Positions 16,942 through 27,800 of a stretch of DNA of 64,000 nt are shown one piece after another (the stretch's first letter is position 1; each line of letters opens with the position of its first letter). Source of the stretch: an uncultured Acidobacteriaceae bacterium (GTDB lineage: Bacteria; Acidobacteriota; Terriglobia; Terriglobales; Acidobacteriaceae); the NCBI GenBank assembly GCA_964541925.1, contig CAZISB010000001.1, positions 83,605 to 147,604 of the forward strand, given 5' to 3'. The translations under genes were made by a program, and so were the position numbers. Under the pieces are notes generated by a model that was given only the letters and a program-made list of their open reading frames with translations, made no database searches and was not told the DNA's origin.

Positions 16942-18816
16942 TTAGTTTTTGATTGGACCACGGACAACAACGCCAGCGGCTTCATCATTCATTTTGGCGT
17001 CTAAATCCATAAACTGCAATTCATATAATTTGCGATATGTGCCCAGACGGGTCAACAGGTCTTCATGCGTGCCGGAATCGGAAATGCGGCCGCCCTCCAG
17101 CACAATGATTCGGTCTGCATGGCGCACAGTAGTCAAACGGTGTGCAATCACAAACACTGTGCGTCCGGACATAAGATTTTGCAGGGCTGATTGCACCAGA
17201 GCCTCAGATTCGGTATCCAGCGCGGAAGTGGCTTCGTCCAGAATCAGAATGGGAGCGTTCTTCAATAACGCACGAGCAATCGCGATGCGCTGGCGCTCAC
17301 CTCCTGAAAGCCTTAATCCGCGCTCGCCGATGATGGTGTCATAGCCTTCAGGCAGGCGCTGGATAAAGTCATGCGCCAGAGCGGCCTTTGCCGCTTCCAT
17401 CACCGTTTCAGGCTTGACGTTAGGCTGACCATAAGCAATGTTGTTCCGGACCGTATCATTAAAGAGAATCGTTTCCTGAGTAACAATGCCGATCTGCGCA
17501 CGAAGTGAAGCCAGCGCCACGTTGCGAATGTCATGTCCATCCAGCGTGATGGTGCCTGAAGTCACGTCAAAGAAGCGCGGGATCAGGTGCACCAGAGTGC
17601 TCTTCCCTGCTCCGCTGGAGCCCACAATGGCGACAATCTCACCTGCGCGCGTCTCAAGATTCACATTGCGCAGGATCTGCGGGTCAGAGCCATTGTTGCC
17701 GCCGTACGAAAAGCTGACATTCTCAAAACGCACCCGATCGCGAAATAGAGGCAGGCTGATTGCATTCGGGCGCTCGACGATCTCGTCCTTCTCATCCATG
17801 AAGCGGAAGATCTCCTGCGAAGCGCCTAGCGCCTGCTGGAAACTGTTATTGAAAAACGCCATCTTGCGCACCGGATCGTAAAGGCGAAAAACCGCGATGA
17901 TGAACGCAATAAAGGCTCCGGCCGTCATAGCGCCGCTCTTTATCTGGCTCCGACCGATATAGAGAAGCAGCGCACCCGCGGTTGCGCCAATAATGTCCAT
18001 GAGAGGAGAGCTGATTGCCTGCACTGCGACAGATCGCAGATTGGCCCGGAAGAATTTTTTTGCTGCCGCCCGGAAGCGCGTACTCTCCCATTTCTCCATG
18101 CCAAAGGCTTTAACAATGCGGTTGCCGGTAATGGTCTCGTGAAGAATGTTCTGTATCTCGGCCAGCTTGTCCTGCCCTTTGCGCGTGGTGGTGCGAACGC
18201 GGCGGCCAATTTTTCCCGCAGAGACAATCACAAAAGGCACAAAGATCAGCAAGACAAAAGCAAGCTTGTGTCCCAGGACAATCACCACTCCCACCAGAAA
18301 CAACAGCGTGAAGAACTGCTGCAAGAATTCCGCCAGCGCGATTGTCAGGGTGACCTGAACTTTCTCAACGTCATTTACGACTGTAGAAACCAGTGTGCCT
18401 GTCGAGTTGCGGGAGAAAAAGGCCACAGAGCGCTGCAAAATGCGGTCGTAAAGGCGATTGCGGAGGTCTGTAATGAGTCCAAAGCCGGCGTGATTCACCA
18501 GGTAGGTGCCAATGTAGTCGCAAACGCCTTTGATCAGCGCCGTGCTGACCAAAGCTACCGCCACCACAGTCAGCGGATTGCGAAAATGCTGAGGGACAAA
18601 ATCCTGCAGATAGACCACATGGTGCGATCCAGGAATATTGAACAGCATTAACGCGCGGCTGGGAGAGCCGGGATTCAGTACGCGGTCAATGATCGGCCCC
18701 ATGAGAAGGATGCGAAACGCATCCATAAGGCCCACCACCGCCAGAAGCAGGAGAGAAACTATGAAGTGCGGAAGATAAGGACGCAGATATGCCAACAATC
18801 GGCTTAGTTGTCGCAT
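16942..18816 (-). CDS. ABC transporter permease/ATPase fusion (MsbA-like exporter)
   Basis: 624 aa. It has 6 TM segments, the Walker A motif GSSGAGKST, the signature LSGGERQRIAIARAL and the Walker B motif ILILDEATSALD. Confidence 0.9.
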   Translation of the reverse strand: MRQLSRLLAYLRPYLPHFIVSLLLLAVVGLMDAFRILLMGPIIDRVLNPGSPSRALMLFNIPGSHHVVYLQDFVPQHFRNPLTVVAVALVSTALIKGVCDYIGTYLVNHAGFGLITDLRNRLYDRILQRSVAFFSRNSTGTLVSTVVNDVEKVQVTLTIALAEFLQQFFTLLFLVGVVIVLGHKLAFVLLIFVPFVIVSAGKIGRRVRTTTRKGQDKLAEIQNILHETITGNRIVKAFGMEKWESTRFRAAAKKFFRANLRSVAVQAISSPLMDIIGATAGALLLYIGRSQIKSGAMTAGAFIAFIIAVFRLYDPVRKMAFFNNSFQQALGASQEIFRFMDEKDEIVERPNAISLPLFRDRVRFENVSFSYGGNNGSDPQILRNVNLETRAGEIVAIVGSSGAGKSTLVHLIPRFFDVTSGTITLDGHDIRNVALASLRAQIGIVTQETILFNDTVRNNIAYGQPNVKPETVMEAAKAALAHDFIQRLPEGYDTIIGERGLRLSGGERQRIAIARALLKNAPILILDEATSALDTESEALVQSALQNLMSGRTVFVIAHRLTTVRHADRIIVLEGGRISDSGTHEDLLTRLGTYRKLYELQFMDLDAKMNDEAAGVVVRGPIKN

Positions 18817-18902
18817 ACGGCACCCTTGGCGGCTGGAAACATTGCACCTATTCTAAAGGAGTGTGGCTGAATCCGGAGCCTTAGAAACAAAGTAAAATAT
18901 TG

Positions 18903-19865
18903 TTAATCACCCGGTGAATCACGGTGAATAACCTTGACTCTGTACCCTGCCTTTGCCAGCCGCTTTGTTAACTCCTCAGCAATGAATACCGAGCGATGCT
19001 GCCCGCCTGTACAGCCGAAGCCAATGGTCAGATAACTCTTGCCCTCGCGTACATAATGGGGAATCAAGTAGATAAGCAGCGCAGAAATGCGGTCAATAAA
19101 CTCCTGCGTCTGCGGAAACGAGCGGATATATTTTGCCACTTGTGGATGCCGGCCTGTGTGCGGACGAAACGCGGGAATAAAGTGCGGATTCGGCAGGAAG
19201 CGCACATCAAAAACAAGATCTGCGTCATTGGGAACCCCGGCTTTGTAGCCGAAGCTGACGATCGAAATCAGAATGCTTTTGTCGCTGCCGCCTGCGCTGA
19301 ACCTCTCCGTCACATGCGAGCGCAGTTCATGCACGTTGAACTTTGAGCTGTCCACAACCATGTCTGCCATGGCGCGAATTGGCTGGAGCATTTGCCGCTC
19401 TTTTTGCAGAGCGCTCTTTACCGTGGAATCTTTTCCCAGCGGGTGCGGACGACGCGTCTCACTGAAGCGGCGCAGCAGCGCATCGTCAGAGGCCTCAAGA
19501 AAAAGTACAGTCGTCTTGAGCTGCTTGCGCAGCGACTGAATAATCTTCGGCAGGCGGCGAAGCTGGTCGCCCTCTCGTATGTCCACCACCAACGCAGCCT
19601 TTTCAATTTCATCCGATTGCTTGGCCAGGTCGGCAAAGCGCGGAATCAGCTCAATGGGAAGATTATCAACGCAGTAATAATCAAGATCTTCAAATGCTTT
19701 GAGCACTGAAGCTTTGCCGGAGCCAGACATGCCGGTAATCACCACCAGATGGTGGGCGCCTGGACGTGGCCGTGATTTTACACGTCCGCCTTGCTGCGTT
19801 TTGCGGGAAGGGGACACTGGGAAGATACTACCACGACGCAATTCGCTGGCTTTGCGGCGTAGCAA
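18903..19865 (-). CDS. rapZ: RNase adapter protein RapZ (P-loop ATPase YvcJ/YhbJ family)
   Basis: It has ITGMSGSGKAS and the C-terminal GCTGGQHRSV motif. The start is uncertain: the ATG at 19865 overlaps the upstream gene by 38 nt, and a GTG at 19817 is an alternative. Confidence 0.9.
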   Translation of the reverse strand: MLRRKASELRRGSIFPVSPSRKTQQGGRVKSRPRPGAHHLVVITGMSGSGKASVLKAFEDLDYYCVDNLPIELIPRFADLAKQSDEIEKAALVVDIREGDQLRRLPKIIQSLRKQLKTTVLFLEASDDALLRRFSETRRPHPLGKDSTVKSALQKERQMLQPIRAMADMVVDSSKFNVHELRSHVTERFSAGGSDKSILISIVSFGYKAGVPNDADLVFDVRFLPNPHFIPAFRPHTGRHPQVAKYIRSFPQTQEFIDRISALLIYLIPHYVREGKSYLTIGFGCTGGQHRSVFIAEELTKRLAKAGYRVKVIHRDSPGD

Positions 19866-21189
19866 AAGCCGCCTGCAGCGATGCCGGCTCGATCTGGCGC
19901 GAGATTGAATACATGCTGCGCCATGCGCGCGTCAGCATGCGTGACTCCATCTGGCGCTTCCACTCAAGTGCGCTTTCTTCCGCAAGCTGCCGCCCCGGCG
20001 ATTCGGGCAGTTCGCGCATTAACACCAGATAATCCTGGCTGAGCTTCTCCCAGGCATCAAACAGCCGGCCTTCAGCCCAGAGCAATGCGATGTCCAACCG
20101 TTGTTTTTGCAGGCGTGTGAGCCTTTTGTTGCGGATACGATAGACCCAGAACAGCGCTTTCGAAGGATTGTCACGGAACCATGCCTGAAAAACCGCAGCT
20201 TCAAGGAATAGATGGTCGCGCAATTTTGGCGTTGCATAGCTGAGCGATTCCAGCGCGCCTTCCAGATATTTCGTCGCGCAGGTTATGTCCTGCCGCTCGG
20301 CCGCCCATAGATAGGCCATCCAACGGGCTGAGAAGGCATCGCGAGAATCATCACTCACCGCGGCCGCCCGAGTCACGGAGCCCTCATCCCAGTCGCGCGG
20401 ATGGCGTCCCTGGTTGAGAGCGATCTGGCAACGAAGGTTCGAAAGCCAGCGTTCAGCTTTGTCATTCTTTTTGAGCAGCATCAGCAGGCGGGCGCCATCA
20501 GAAAAATTTCCGCGGCGATTCACATCCGGCAGCAGCGCCCCAATTGCAAGGAGCGCTGAAACAGCAGAGCTCACGTGCAAAATGTAGTTCAGAATAAAAC
20601 CTGGTGTAAGAAAGACCGCAGCCAGTTGAAGTGAAGAAGCAAACAGCAGGTTAGCCAGCGGGCCGCCCATCACAAGGAACGCCAGCCTTTGGCGCAGGCT
20701 GCTATCTTCCTGATCGGCAATACGCGGCTCCAGAACAGAGCTGCCGAGCGTGAGGACATCTCCGCAATAAGGTTCGCCGCAGTTGGCATGTTTGCCCAAA
20801 TGCACAGGGCCAATCTTTATCTGGCGAAGTTTAAAACCAAAAAATAATCCAGCCAGCAGATGCCCGGATTCGTGCACTGCGGCAGCTAGCAGGCCCGCGG
20901 CAATCGGAGCAAGCAGCGCTGCCCAATAACCAAAGCTGGCTGGATCTGCAGCTATTGTGGCAATCACAGCGCGGAGGCTGGAGATCCCGATCAACGCCAG
21001 AATAACCAGGCTGCTGACCAGGAAGTATTCACCCGCGCTGAGACTCTCTTTCCGCTGTGGCGGCAGAGGACGAAATACGTCCAGCACCGGCGTAGATGTG
21101 GGCGAATAATGTTGCGACGAAATCGGCTTTGTTTCGGCTGTGAGTTCCATGGGGAGCAAGGTACAGACGGCCCTTACATCCTCCATCAT
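19828..21189 (-). CDS. M50-like (site-2 protease family) membrane metalloprotease with about 230 aa helical C-terminal extension
   Basis: HESGH lies inside a TM segment, there is a later LLPDVNRRGNFSDGARLL (the NxxPxxxxDG-like second motif), and several TM helices. I do not recognise the C-terminal half. Confidence 0.65.
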   Translation of the reverse strand: MMEDVRAVCTLLPMELTAETKPISSQHYSPTSTPVLDVFRPLPPQRKESLSAGEYFLVSSLVILALIGISSLRAVIATIAADPASFGYWAALLAPIAAGLLAAAVHESGHLLAGLFFGFKLRQIKIGPVHLGKHANCGEPYCGDVLTLGSSVLEPRIADQEDSSLRQRLAFLVMGGPLANLLFASSLQLAAVFLTPGFILNYILHVSSAVSALLAIGALLPDVNRRGNFSDGARLLMLLKKNDKAERWLSNLRCQIALNQGRHPRDWDEGSVTRAAAVSDDSRDAFSARWMAYLWAAERQDITCATKYLEGALESLSYATPKLRDHLFLEAAVFQAWFRDNPSKALFWVYRIRNKRLTRLQKQRLDIALLWAEGRLFDAWEKLSQDYLVLMRELPESPGRQLAEESALEWKRQMESRMLTRAWRSMYSISRQIEPASLQAAFATPQSQRIASW

Positions 21190-21254
21190 AAGTTCAACCG
21201 GGCCCGGTTACATGAGGCCGTTGGTAGATGGCCTTTGGTCACCACCGGCCCGAG

Positions 21255-21629
21255 CTAAACTACGCCTTGCGAAGTGCCGATACCGCCTGCTGTCTTTTTC
21301 GTAAGGCGATCAATGGCGGCAATCAGGTCCTCAGTTGTGCCGTCAGCGCTGAGTATTGCGTCCGCAGACTCAGCCTGGGTGATGCTCCCGTTATAGAAGA
21401 AGATCACCTGCATCTTCTGCGCAGACTTAGCCAAAAGCGCGAGTTCCACACGCTGGCTGATCGGGACTGTATGCCCGATCAGGAGCACGTTGAATGGTTT
21501 TGTTTGAATGAGGCGCTCGGCCTCCGCCATGGTTTTCGCGGACGTAACCTTGAACCCGACCCTTTCAAGTTCATGCTTACGCGAGCGCCCAGATTCCTGA
21601 TGATAACTGAGTGAAAGTATCCGGATCAT
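21255..21629 (-). CDS. degenerate receiver-like (pseudo-receiver) domain protein
   Basis: 124 aa with a CheY-like alpha/beta periodicity. However, ILSLSYHQ replaces the DD pocket and NVLLIGHTVP replaces the phospho-acceptor Asp context. Confidence 0.5.
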   Translation of the reverse strand: MIRILSLSYHQESGRSRKHELERVGFKVTSAKTMAEAERLIQTKPFNVLLIGHTVPISQRVELALLAKSAQKMQVIFFYNGSITQAESADAILSADGTTEDLIAAIDRLTKKTAGGIGTSQGVV

Positions 21630-21772
21630 TCACAGCTTCACCTTGCCGGGGCAGGAACCGGCAATATCCAAATAAATTTTTGCAAAAGTATTTTAACGCA
21701 AAAATGTCTCGTGCGACGACAGGCTTCACACTTCTGCAACTTACAAAATCACATGCACTTCTCTGGCGCGGC

Positions 21773-24178
21773 TCATTTCCACGACTCTCCTCCCAATGTG
21801 AGCTTGAATCCACTGTGAAAGTTGAAAGGTAGCGCGGGAAAACCTGGCACTGGATCGTAGTGCTGGCTGGCCAGGTTGTCTATCGCCGAGTAGAACTCAA
21901 GATAGCGATTGAAACGGTAGCTGCCGCTGAAACCAATTTTTTGATAGCCAGAAGCAAGATTGCGGTTCGGAAGCAGCATAGTGGAACCGAAAAATGGATC
22001 GGACAGGAAGGTGCTGCTGTCCCGGCGGCTGACGAAGTTGCCGCTCAACGCAAGCGTCAGTTTACGGCGGGCATATCCAAGATAAAAACTTGTCGCGTGC
22101 GGAGCACGATTGAACGGCCGATTCCCTACCAAAGGCGAAAAAGCGCCGATTGGAATATCCGGGAATGCTGGATTGAACGATGGAAAAAGCTCGTCGCTCG
22201 AAAATGAGCGCTGCACAACAGCGTCAAGGTAGGTATAGGCAGCACGTGCGGTAAGTCCATGCCCCAGGCTGAGTTCAAGCTCGGTTTCTGCGCCCATCGC
22301 GCGTGTGGCTTCTGAGTTTACCGATGCGCCAAAAGGCTCTTGTGCAATGATCGGGGCCGGCACGCCAATCTGCGAAAGTCCCGGAGCAGGAACAAATTCG
22401 ATCTGATCAGTAAAGCGATTATAAAAAAATGTTGCACTGAACCTGGCGCGACCGTTCCAGGCGAGTTGCTCCATGCCCACATCAAAGCTGCGCGAACGCT
22501 CCGGGCGGATTGGCGCAACGTGAAACTGCGATATCAGCTGTGCGCCGTTGGGCAACTGTGATAGCAGATTAAAGAGCGAGAAGCTCTCAGAGAATGTATC
22601 GGCCTCTTTAATTCCCTGGCCCGCATTTGCTTTGAGTTTAGTTCCGGTGAACAGTCCGCTGGAACGCGGGTGGATAACGTAATAGGCCAGAGAAATACGC
22701 GGAGTGGGAACAACGCCGAAAACTGAATTGTCTTCAACTCCGGCGCCGAGCGTAGCATAAAACCGGTTGCCGAGATTGCCCTGCAGCTCACCCGTGTAGC
22801 TGTAATTTGAGCGCACGATCGGGTTCGAGCGCTCATTGGTGTAGCGGAAAGCAAACAGCGCTGTGAGACGCGGCGAAATGGCGTAGTCAGATTGAATATC
22901 GGCAAAGTCACGGTTGCCGAGGATAAAAGATTTCTGCGGATACGTACCGGCAAAATCAAGGATCGCCTGGCCGGTGGTGCTGAAGCCATTGGCGCCGCGG
23001 ATCGTCAGCACCTTACCCAAGAAATTTCCTGAAGAAGGATCAAAGATACCTGTGGGTGATGGGTTGATGAACTGCGAATCCAGCCGCACCGCGCCATAAC
23101 GCAGCAGATTGTGCCAGTGCGAGGTGGTCTGGTTCTGCAGAGTTGCGGAGACATATGTGTTGTGAGTGGGCTGGAAGGAGTCGTCGGGAATGCCGAAGAA
23201 ATCAATCGCGTTGGGAACGCCGGTGTTATCGTCGGAGCGACGAACGGTGAACCTCAGTTCGGTTGAGGTGAATGGCGTCCATCCGAAATTGCCTGCGTAT
23301 GTAGCGTTGTGAAAACGCGCATTTGGCTCCGCGTTGTTAGTGTCAAAGCGGGAGAACTCTGAAAAGTAATCTAGCTGCTGGAAAATCCCGCCGAGCGCAA
23401 CGTCATGGTGGCAGGAATGGAAATTGCCGCCATCAAATGCATAACTGAATTGCGGGAGGAACGTTCTGCCGCGTTCGGTTGTGAGATTCACTACACCAGC
23501 CATGGCATCTGCTCCATACAGCACGCTGTTGGGTCCGCGAAGAATCTCAATCTTGTCTATGCCGGTGGTAAACACATTGCCAAAATCTACCTGGCCTCCA
23601 ATCAGGCTGATAGGCACACCGTCAAGCCAGACGGCATTGGCCGTGCTGCTGCCGCCACGGATAAAAAGCGATTCGTTGATGCCACGCTGTCCGGTCTCAA
23701 GCACCTGCACACCGGGGACCTGGCGCACCGGCTCCAGCGCCGGCAATTGATACTGAAACTGATCTGAAGTTACTACTGAAACAGACGCGCCGACCTGAGT
23801 TTCAGGCACTTCCGTGCCTGTGGCAGAGACCACAATCTGCTGCGAAACCTGGCTCAGCTTGAGCGCGAGATTGACAGTCGCTGCCCCAGTGCTGCCGAGA
23901 TAGATCACATCACTCTGCTGTGGCGCGAAGTTTGGCGCCTCTGTCCTGACCTGATAACGCCCGGGAGGAACTGAGCTGAACTGGTACTTGCCTTCAGCAT
24001 CAGTGCTGGCGGTTGCTACAGGGGTGTTTTCTCGAAAGAGCTGGACGCGGGCGTTAGAAACAACAGCACCCAGAGGATCGGTGACTGTTCCGTGTATGCT
24101 GCCGGCAGCTGCAGAGGCCAGAGTGGAAAGCGTGAGCGCAAACGCCAGCAGCAAGCCGGCGCGATGAAATATCTGCAT
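21773..24178 (-). CDS. TonB-dependent receptor with carboxypeptidase-regulatory-like N-domain (probable cobalamin/corrinoid receptor)
   Basis: 801 aa. It has a signal peptide, the CarboxypepD_reg-like segment GSIHGTVTDPLGAVVSNARVQLF, a plug region (IEILRGPNSVLYGADAMAGVVNL) and a beta-barrel. A B12 riboswitch sits in its leader. Confidence 0.9.
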   Translation of the reverse strand: MQIFHRAGLLLAFALTLSTLASAAAGSIHGTVTDPLGAVVSNARVQLFRENTPVATASTDAEGKYQFSSVPPGRYQVRTEAPNFAPQQSDVIYLGSTGAATVNLALKLSQVSQQIVVSATGTEVPETQVGASVSVVTSDQFQYQLPALEPVRQVPGVQVLETGQRGINESLFIRGGSSTANAVWLDGVPISLIGGQVDFGNVFTTGIDKIEILRGPNSVLYGADAMAGVVNLTTERGRTFLPQFSYAFDGGNFHSCHHDVALGGIFQQLDYFSEFSRFDTNNAEPNARFHNATYAGNFGWTPFTSTELRFTVRRSDDNTGVPNAIDFFGIPDDSFQPTHNTYVSATLQNQTTSHWHNLLRYGAVRLDSQFINPSPTGIFDPSSGNFLGKVLTIRGANGFSTTGQAILDFAGTYPQKSFILGNRDFADIQSDYAISPRLTALFAFRYTNERSNPIVRSNYSYTGELQGNLGNRFYATLGAGVEDNSVFGVVPTPRISLAYYVIHPRSSGLFTGTKLKANAGQGIKEADTFSESFSLFNLLSQLPNGAQLISQFHVAPIRPERSRSFDVGMEQLAWNGRARFSATFFYNRFTDQIEFVPAPGLSQIGVPAPIIAQEPFGASVNSEATRAMGAETELELSLGHGLTARAAYTYLDAVVQRSFSSDELFPSFNPAFPDIPIGAFSPLVGNRPFNRAPHATSFYLGYARRKLTLALSGNFVSRRDSSTFLSDPFFGSTMLLPNRNLASGYQKIGFSGSYRFNRYLEFYSAIDNLASQHYDPVPGFPALPFNFHSGFKLTLGGESWK

Positions 24179-24340
24179 GATGAATTCCTCCCTCGGGAAT
24201 AGTCATCGGGAGCCGGAACTCGAGAGGAAATAGAGAGCTATCGACGTACAACGATCAGCTATTCGGCAATGAGCTGCATCTGTTATCGAAACACAAGATA
24301 CTGCGGCAACTATCGCCGGATAAATACGCACCAGAACCGA

Positions 24341-24389
24341 ACGTCAAAAATCGAAAGAAAGCTCTCCGGCTCTTCCCATCGCAGCCGGA
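24341..24389 (-). terminator. possible riboswitch expression-platform terminator
   Basis: The minus strand reads TCCGGCTgcgatgggaagAGCCGGAgagcTTTCTTTCGATTTTT, directly 3' of the aptamer. The stem is only 7 bp. Confidence 0.35.
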
Positions 24390-24404
24390 ACTCCCAATGA
24401 CGGG

Positions 24405-24581
24405 CATCTGGCAGGTCTCCTGACTTACGCCTCAACGAACGTGAGCGCCTTCCCGGACTTCCCAATTCCCGCAGAATCAGCGTGAATCTGGCACTTCCAG
24501 TGGCATTGTGCCCACGTTCTCAGCGAATACAGTTGCGGGGCAGTGGCGGATTCTCACCGCGCTTCCCAAAATAACCAGATG
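24405..24581 (-). promoter_or_regulatory. cobalamin (B12) riboswitch aptamer
   Basis: The minus strand carries GGGAAGCGCGGTGAGAATCCGCCACTGCCCCGCAACTGTA, then GCCACTGG ... GGGAAGGC, then the B12 box AGTCAGGAGACCTGCC. The P1 helix is CATCTGG/CCAGATG. Confidence 0.9.
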
Positions 24582-24871
24582 GAGAAAAGCTAATTGAGAG
24601 ATAGAGAGAGGTCAAGTCCTTAGTCCCGAGCGGAGCGAGAAGATACCCGCATTCGCCGCTAGCTGACTCGTGAATAACCGGCAGGGAGCGCACCCCAGAG
24701 ATTAAGGGTGGCGATAGGTCTCCTTCTCCAGGCTTATATTTGCCAATTTGGTTCCCTGAATTTAGGATGTGCGGTTCCAAATTCGCTGCTGCGCTCAATG
24801 AGGTCACATCAATGTCCTGCGTTCTTGCACAAAGCACGGTTCGTGAAGAAAACACTTCTATCTCTATTTAT

Positions 24872-27800
24872 ATGAAGCATTGCTGGCTGGCTGTGTTGAT
24901 GGCTGCAATGATGCTCCTGGGTGTGCTGGCATCAGCACAGACAAACACTAAGCCATCAAAGTCTGCAAACAAGAAGGGACAATCCGCGAGCAGTGAGAAG
25001 AAGACTGGCGAGCAGGCACAGCAGAAAGCTGAAGCAAATAAAACTCCGGCGGGTGAAGGCGAGCAGGAAGAGTCTAAAGGACCGTGGCACGGATTGACGT
25101 GGAGGCTTGTTGGTCCGTATCGCGGCGGGCGTGTGCTGGCGGTAAGCGGAGTGATCGGCGATACACACACCTACTACTTTGGCGGAGTCGCCGGCGGAGT
25201 CTGGAAATCAACGGACGGCGGGCTCTCGTGGCATCCCATGACCGACAAAGTAAAAGATATGTCGCCTTCGATTGGTGCGATTGCCGTGGCGCCTTCTGAT
25301 CCTAACGTGATTTATGCAGGTACGGGCGAAGCTTGCATTCGTGGAGACATTGTCGGCGGAAATGGCATTTACAAATCAATCGACGCAGGCAAGACATGGA
25401 CGTATGCCGGCCTGCGCGATACACATGCGATTGGACGAATCGCCATCAACCCTAAAAACCCTGACGTTGTTTATGTCGCGGCACTCGGGCATCCGTTCGG
25501 CTCAAATCCAGAGCGCGGTATCTATCGCACAACGGATGGCGGAAAGAATTGGACCAAGGTCCTTTATAACGACGAAAATTCTGGCGGCATTGATCTCTCG
25601 CTCGACCCCAACAACTCAAACGTAATCTTCGCTTCGCTGTGGCAGGTGCGGCGCTCGCCCTGGGGCATGGATAGCGGCGGCCCGGGCAGCGGCCTGTATC
25701 GCAGCACTGACGGCGGCACAACCTGGAAGCACCTTACCGGGCATGGATTGCCGGATGGCACTCTTGGACGCATCGGCGTGGCTGTGGCATATAGCGCAAA
25801 TCGCGTGTGGGCATTCGTGGAAGCCGACAAAGGCGGCCTCTTCCGCTCAGATGATGGCGGCGATACCTGGACCCTTACGAACAGCGACCGTCAATATCGC
25901 CAGCGTGCGTTTTATTACACCCACGTTTTTGCCGATCCTCGCAACGCCGATGGCGTTTATGTCCTGAACACGGGAATGTATCGCTCCAATGATGCCGGAC
26001 GCACCTTCCGCCCAATTCGCGCACCCCATGGTGACAATCACGGATTGTGGATCGATCCCAATGATCCAAATCGAATGATTGAATCCAATGACGGCGGAGC
26101 CACGGTGAGCGTCAATGGCGGAGCAAGCTGGACACCCCAGAGCAATCAGCCGACGGCGCAGTTCTATCACGTTATTACAGACAATCGCTTTCCTTATTAC
26201 ATCTACGGAGCGCAGCAGGACAACTCAACTGTCGGCATTGCCAGCGCGGCGCCCGGCGGCATTGATCGCACAAGCTGGTACTCAGTTGGCGGAGGCGAGA
26301 GCGGCTATATTGCTCCCGATCCGCGTGATCCGGAAATCGTTTATGCAGGTTCCTATGGTGGCGAAATCACCCGCTATGATCACCACACGGAACAAGAAAA
26401 AAATGTAACGCCCTGGCCAGTCAACCCAATTGGCTCGGCCGCGGCGGATCAGAAATATCGCTTCCAATGGACAGAGCCCATCGTCTTCTCGCCGCATGAT
26501 CCCAAGACTCTGTACTTCGCAGCCCAGGTGCTCTTCAAGTCGAATGATGAAGGCATGAGCTGGCAGATCATCAGCCCTGATCTCACGCGGAATGACAAGG
26601 CCAAGCAGGTTGCAGCGGGCGGGCCTATCACCAAAGACAACACCGGCGTGGAGGTCTATGACACGATCTTCTCGGTTGTAGAGTCACCGCTGCAAAAAGA
26701 TTTGATCTGGGCGGGCTCCGATGACGGGCTTGTACATGTAACCACAAATGGCGGCCAAAACTGGGCCAACGTTACGCCGAAAGGCGTGCCGGAATGGGGC
26801 ACAGTAAGCATGATTGAAGCCTCTCCGCATGCAGCAGGCACAGCGTACGTCTCCGTGCAGCGGCATAAGATGGATGATTCTGCTCCGTACATCTTTAAGA
26901 CTACTGATTTCGGGAAAACCTGGACCAGCCTGGCAAATGGGCTGCCCGCGGATGCATTTGTCCATGCGGTGCGAGAGGACCCAAAGCGCAAAGGGCTGCT
27001 CTATGCAGGAACGGAGCGCGGCGTCTTTTTCTCATTCGATGACGGAGCGAGCTGGCAGTCTCTGCAGGGCAATCTGCCTGTTTCTCCCATTTACGATTTG
27101 TATGTTCACAACAATGATTTGATTGTGGCAACTCATGGCCGCTCATTCTGGCTGCTGGACGACCTCTCTCCTCTTCGCCAGTACAAAGCGGAAAATGGAA
27201 ATGAAGACGTGCATCTCTATGCACCAGGCCCGGCGAACCACACACAATTCGGCGGCGGCTTCTTTGCCAGCCTAGGCGGTGGCGAGCGTGGACAGAATCC
27301 TCCTTCTGGCGCGGTGATCTATTACTCGCTCAAGACCGCAATTAAGAAACCGGCTGAGAAGAAGCCTGAAGAGAAGAAGCCAGAAGCTGCAGCGCCCGCA
27401 GCAGCCAAACCGCCTGCTGGGGAAAGCAAAGAGCCAGGACAACAACAACCGTCGGGTAGCGAAGTTCCGCCCAAACCGGAACCTACGGCAGCCGAAGGCG
27501 CTGAGAGCGCGAAATCTAAAAACGCTCCCATCTCACTCGAGATCCTGGATCAGAAAGGGCAGGTGGTGCGCCGGTATCCGCCAAAGACGCAACCGGGCGA
27601 AGAGGCCGGCGACGACGAGGGCTTCGGCTTCCGGCCGCCAGAGCGCGGCCTGCCTACAGAAGCAGGGCTCAATCGCTTTGTCTGGGATATGCGCTATGAG
27701 GGCGCATCTCGCGTGCCACGCTCGCCCTTGTGGGCCGGCGGCACTGATGGCCCTGAAGCCCTGCCAGGAACGTATCAAGTGCGGCTCACTGTAAACGGCA

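Noticed and set aside
24520-24855. 111 aa minus-strand ORF.
   Set aside because: It overlaps the 5' half of the cobalamin riboswitch and the promoter region. The RNA explanation is far stronger.
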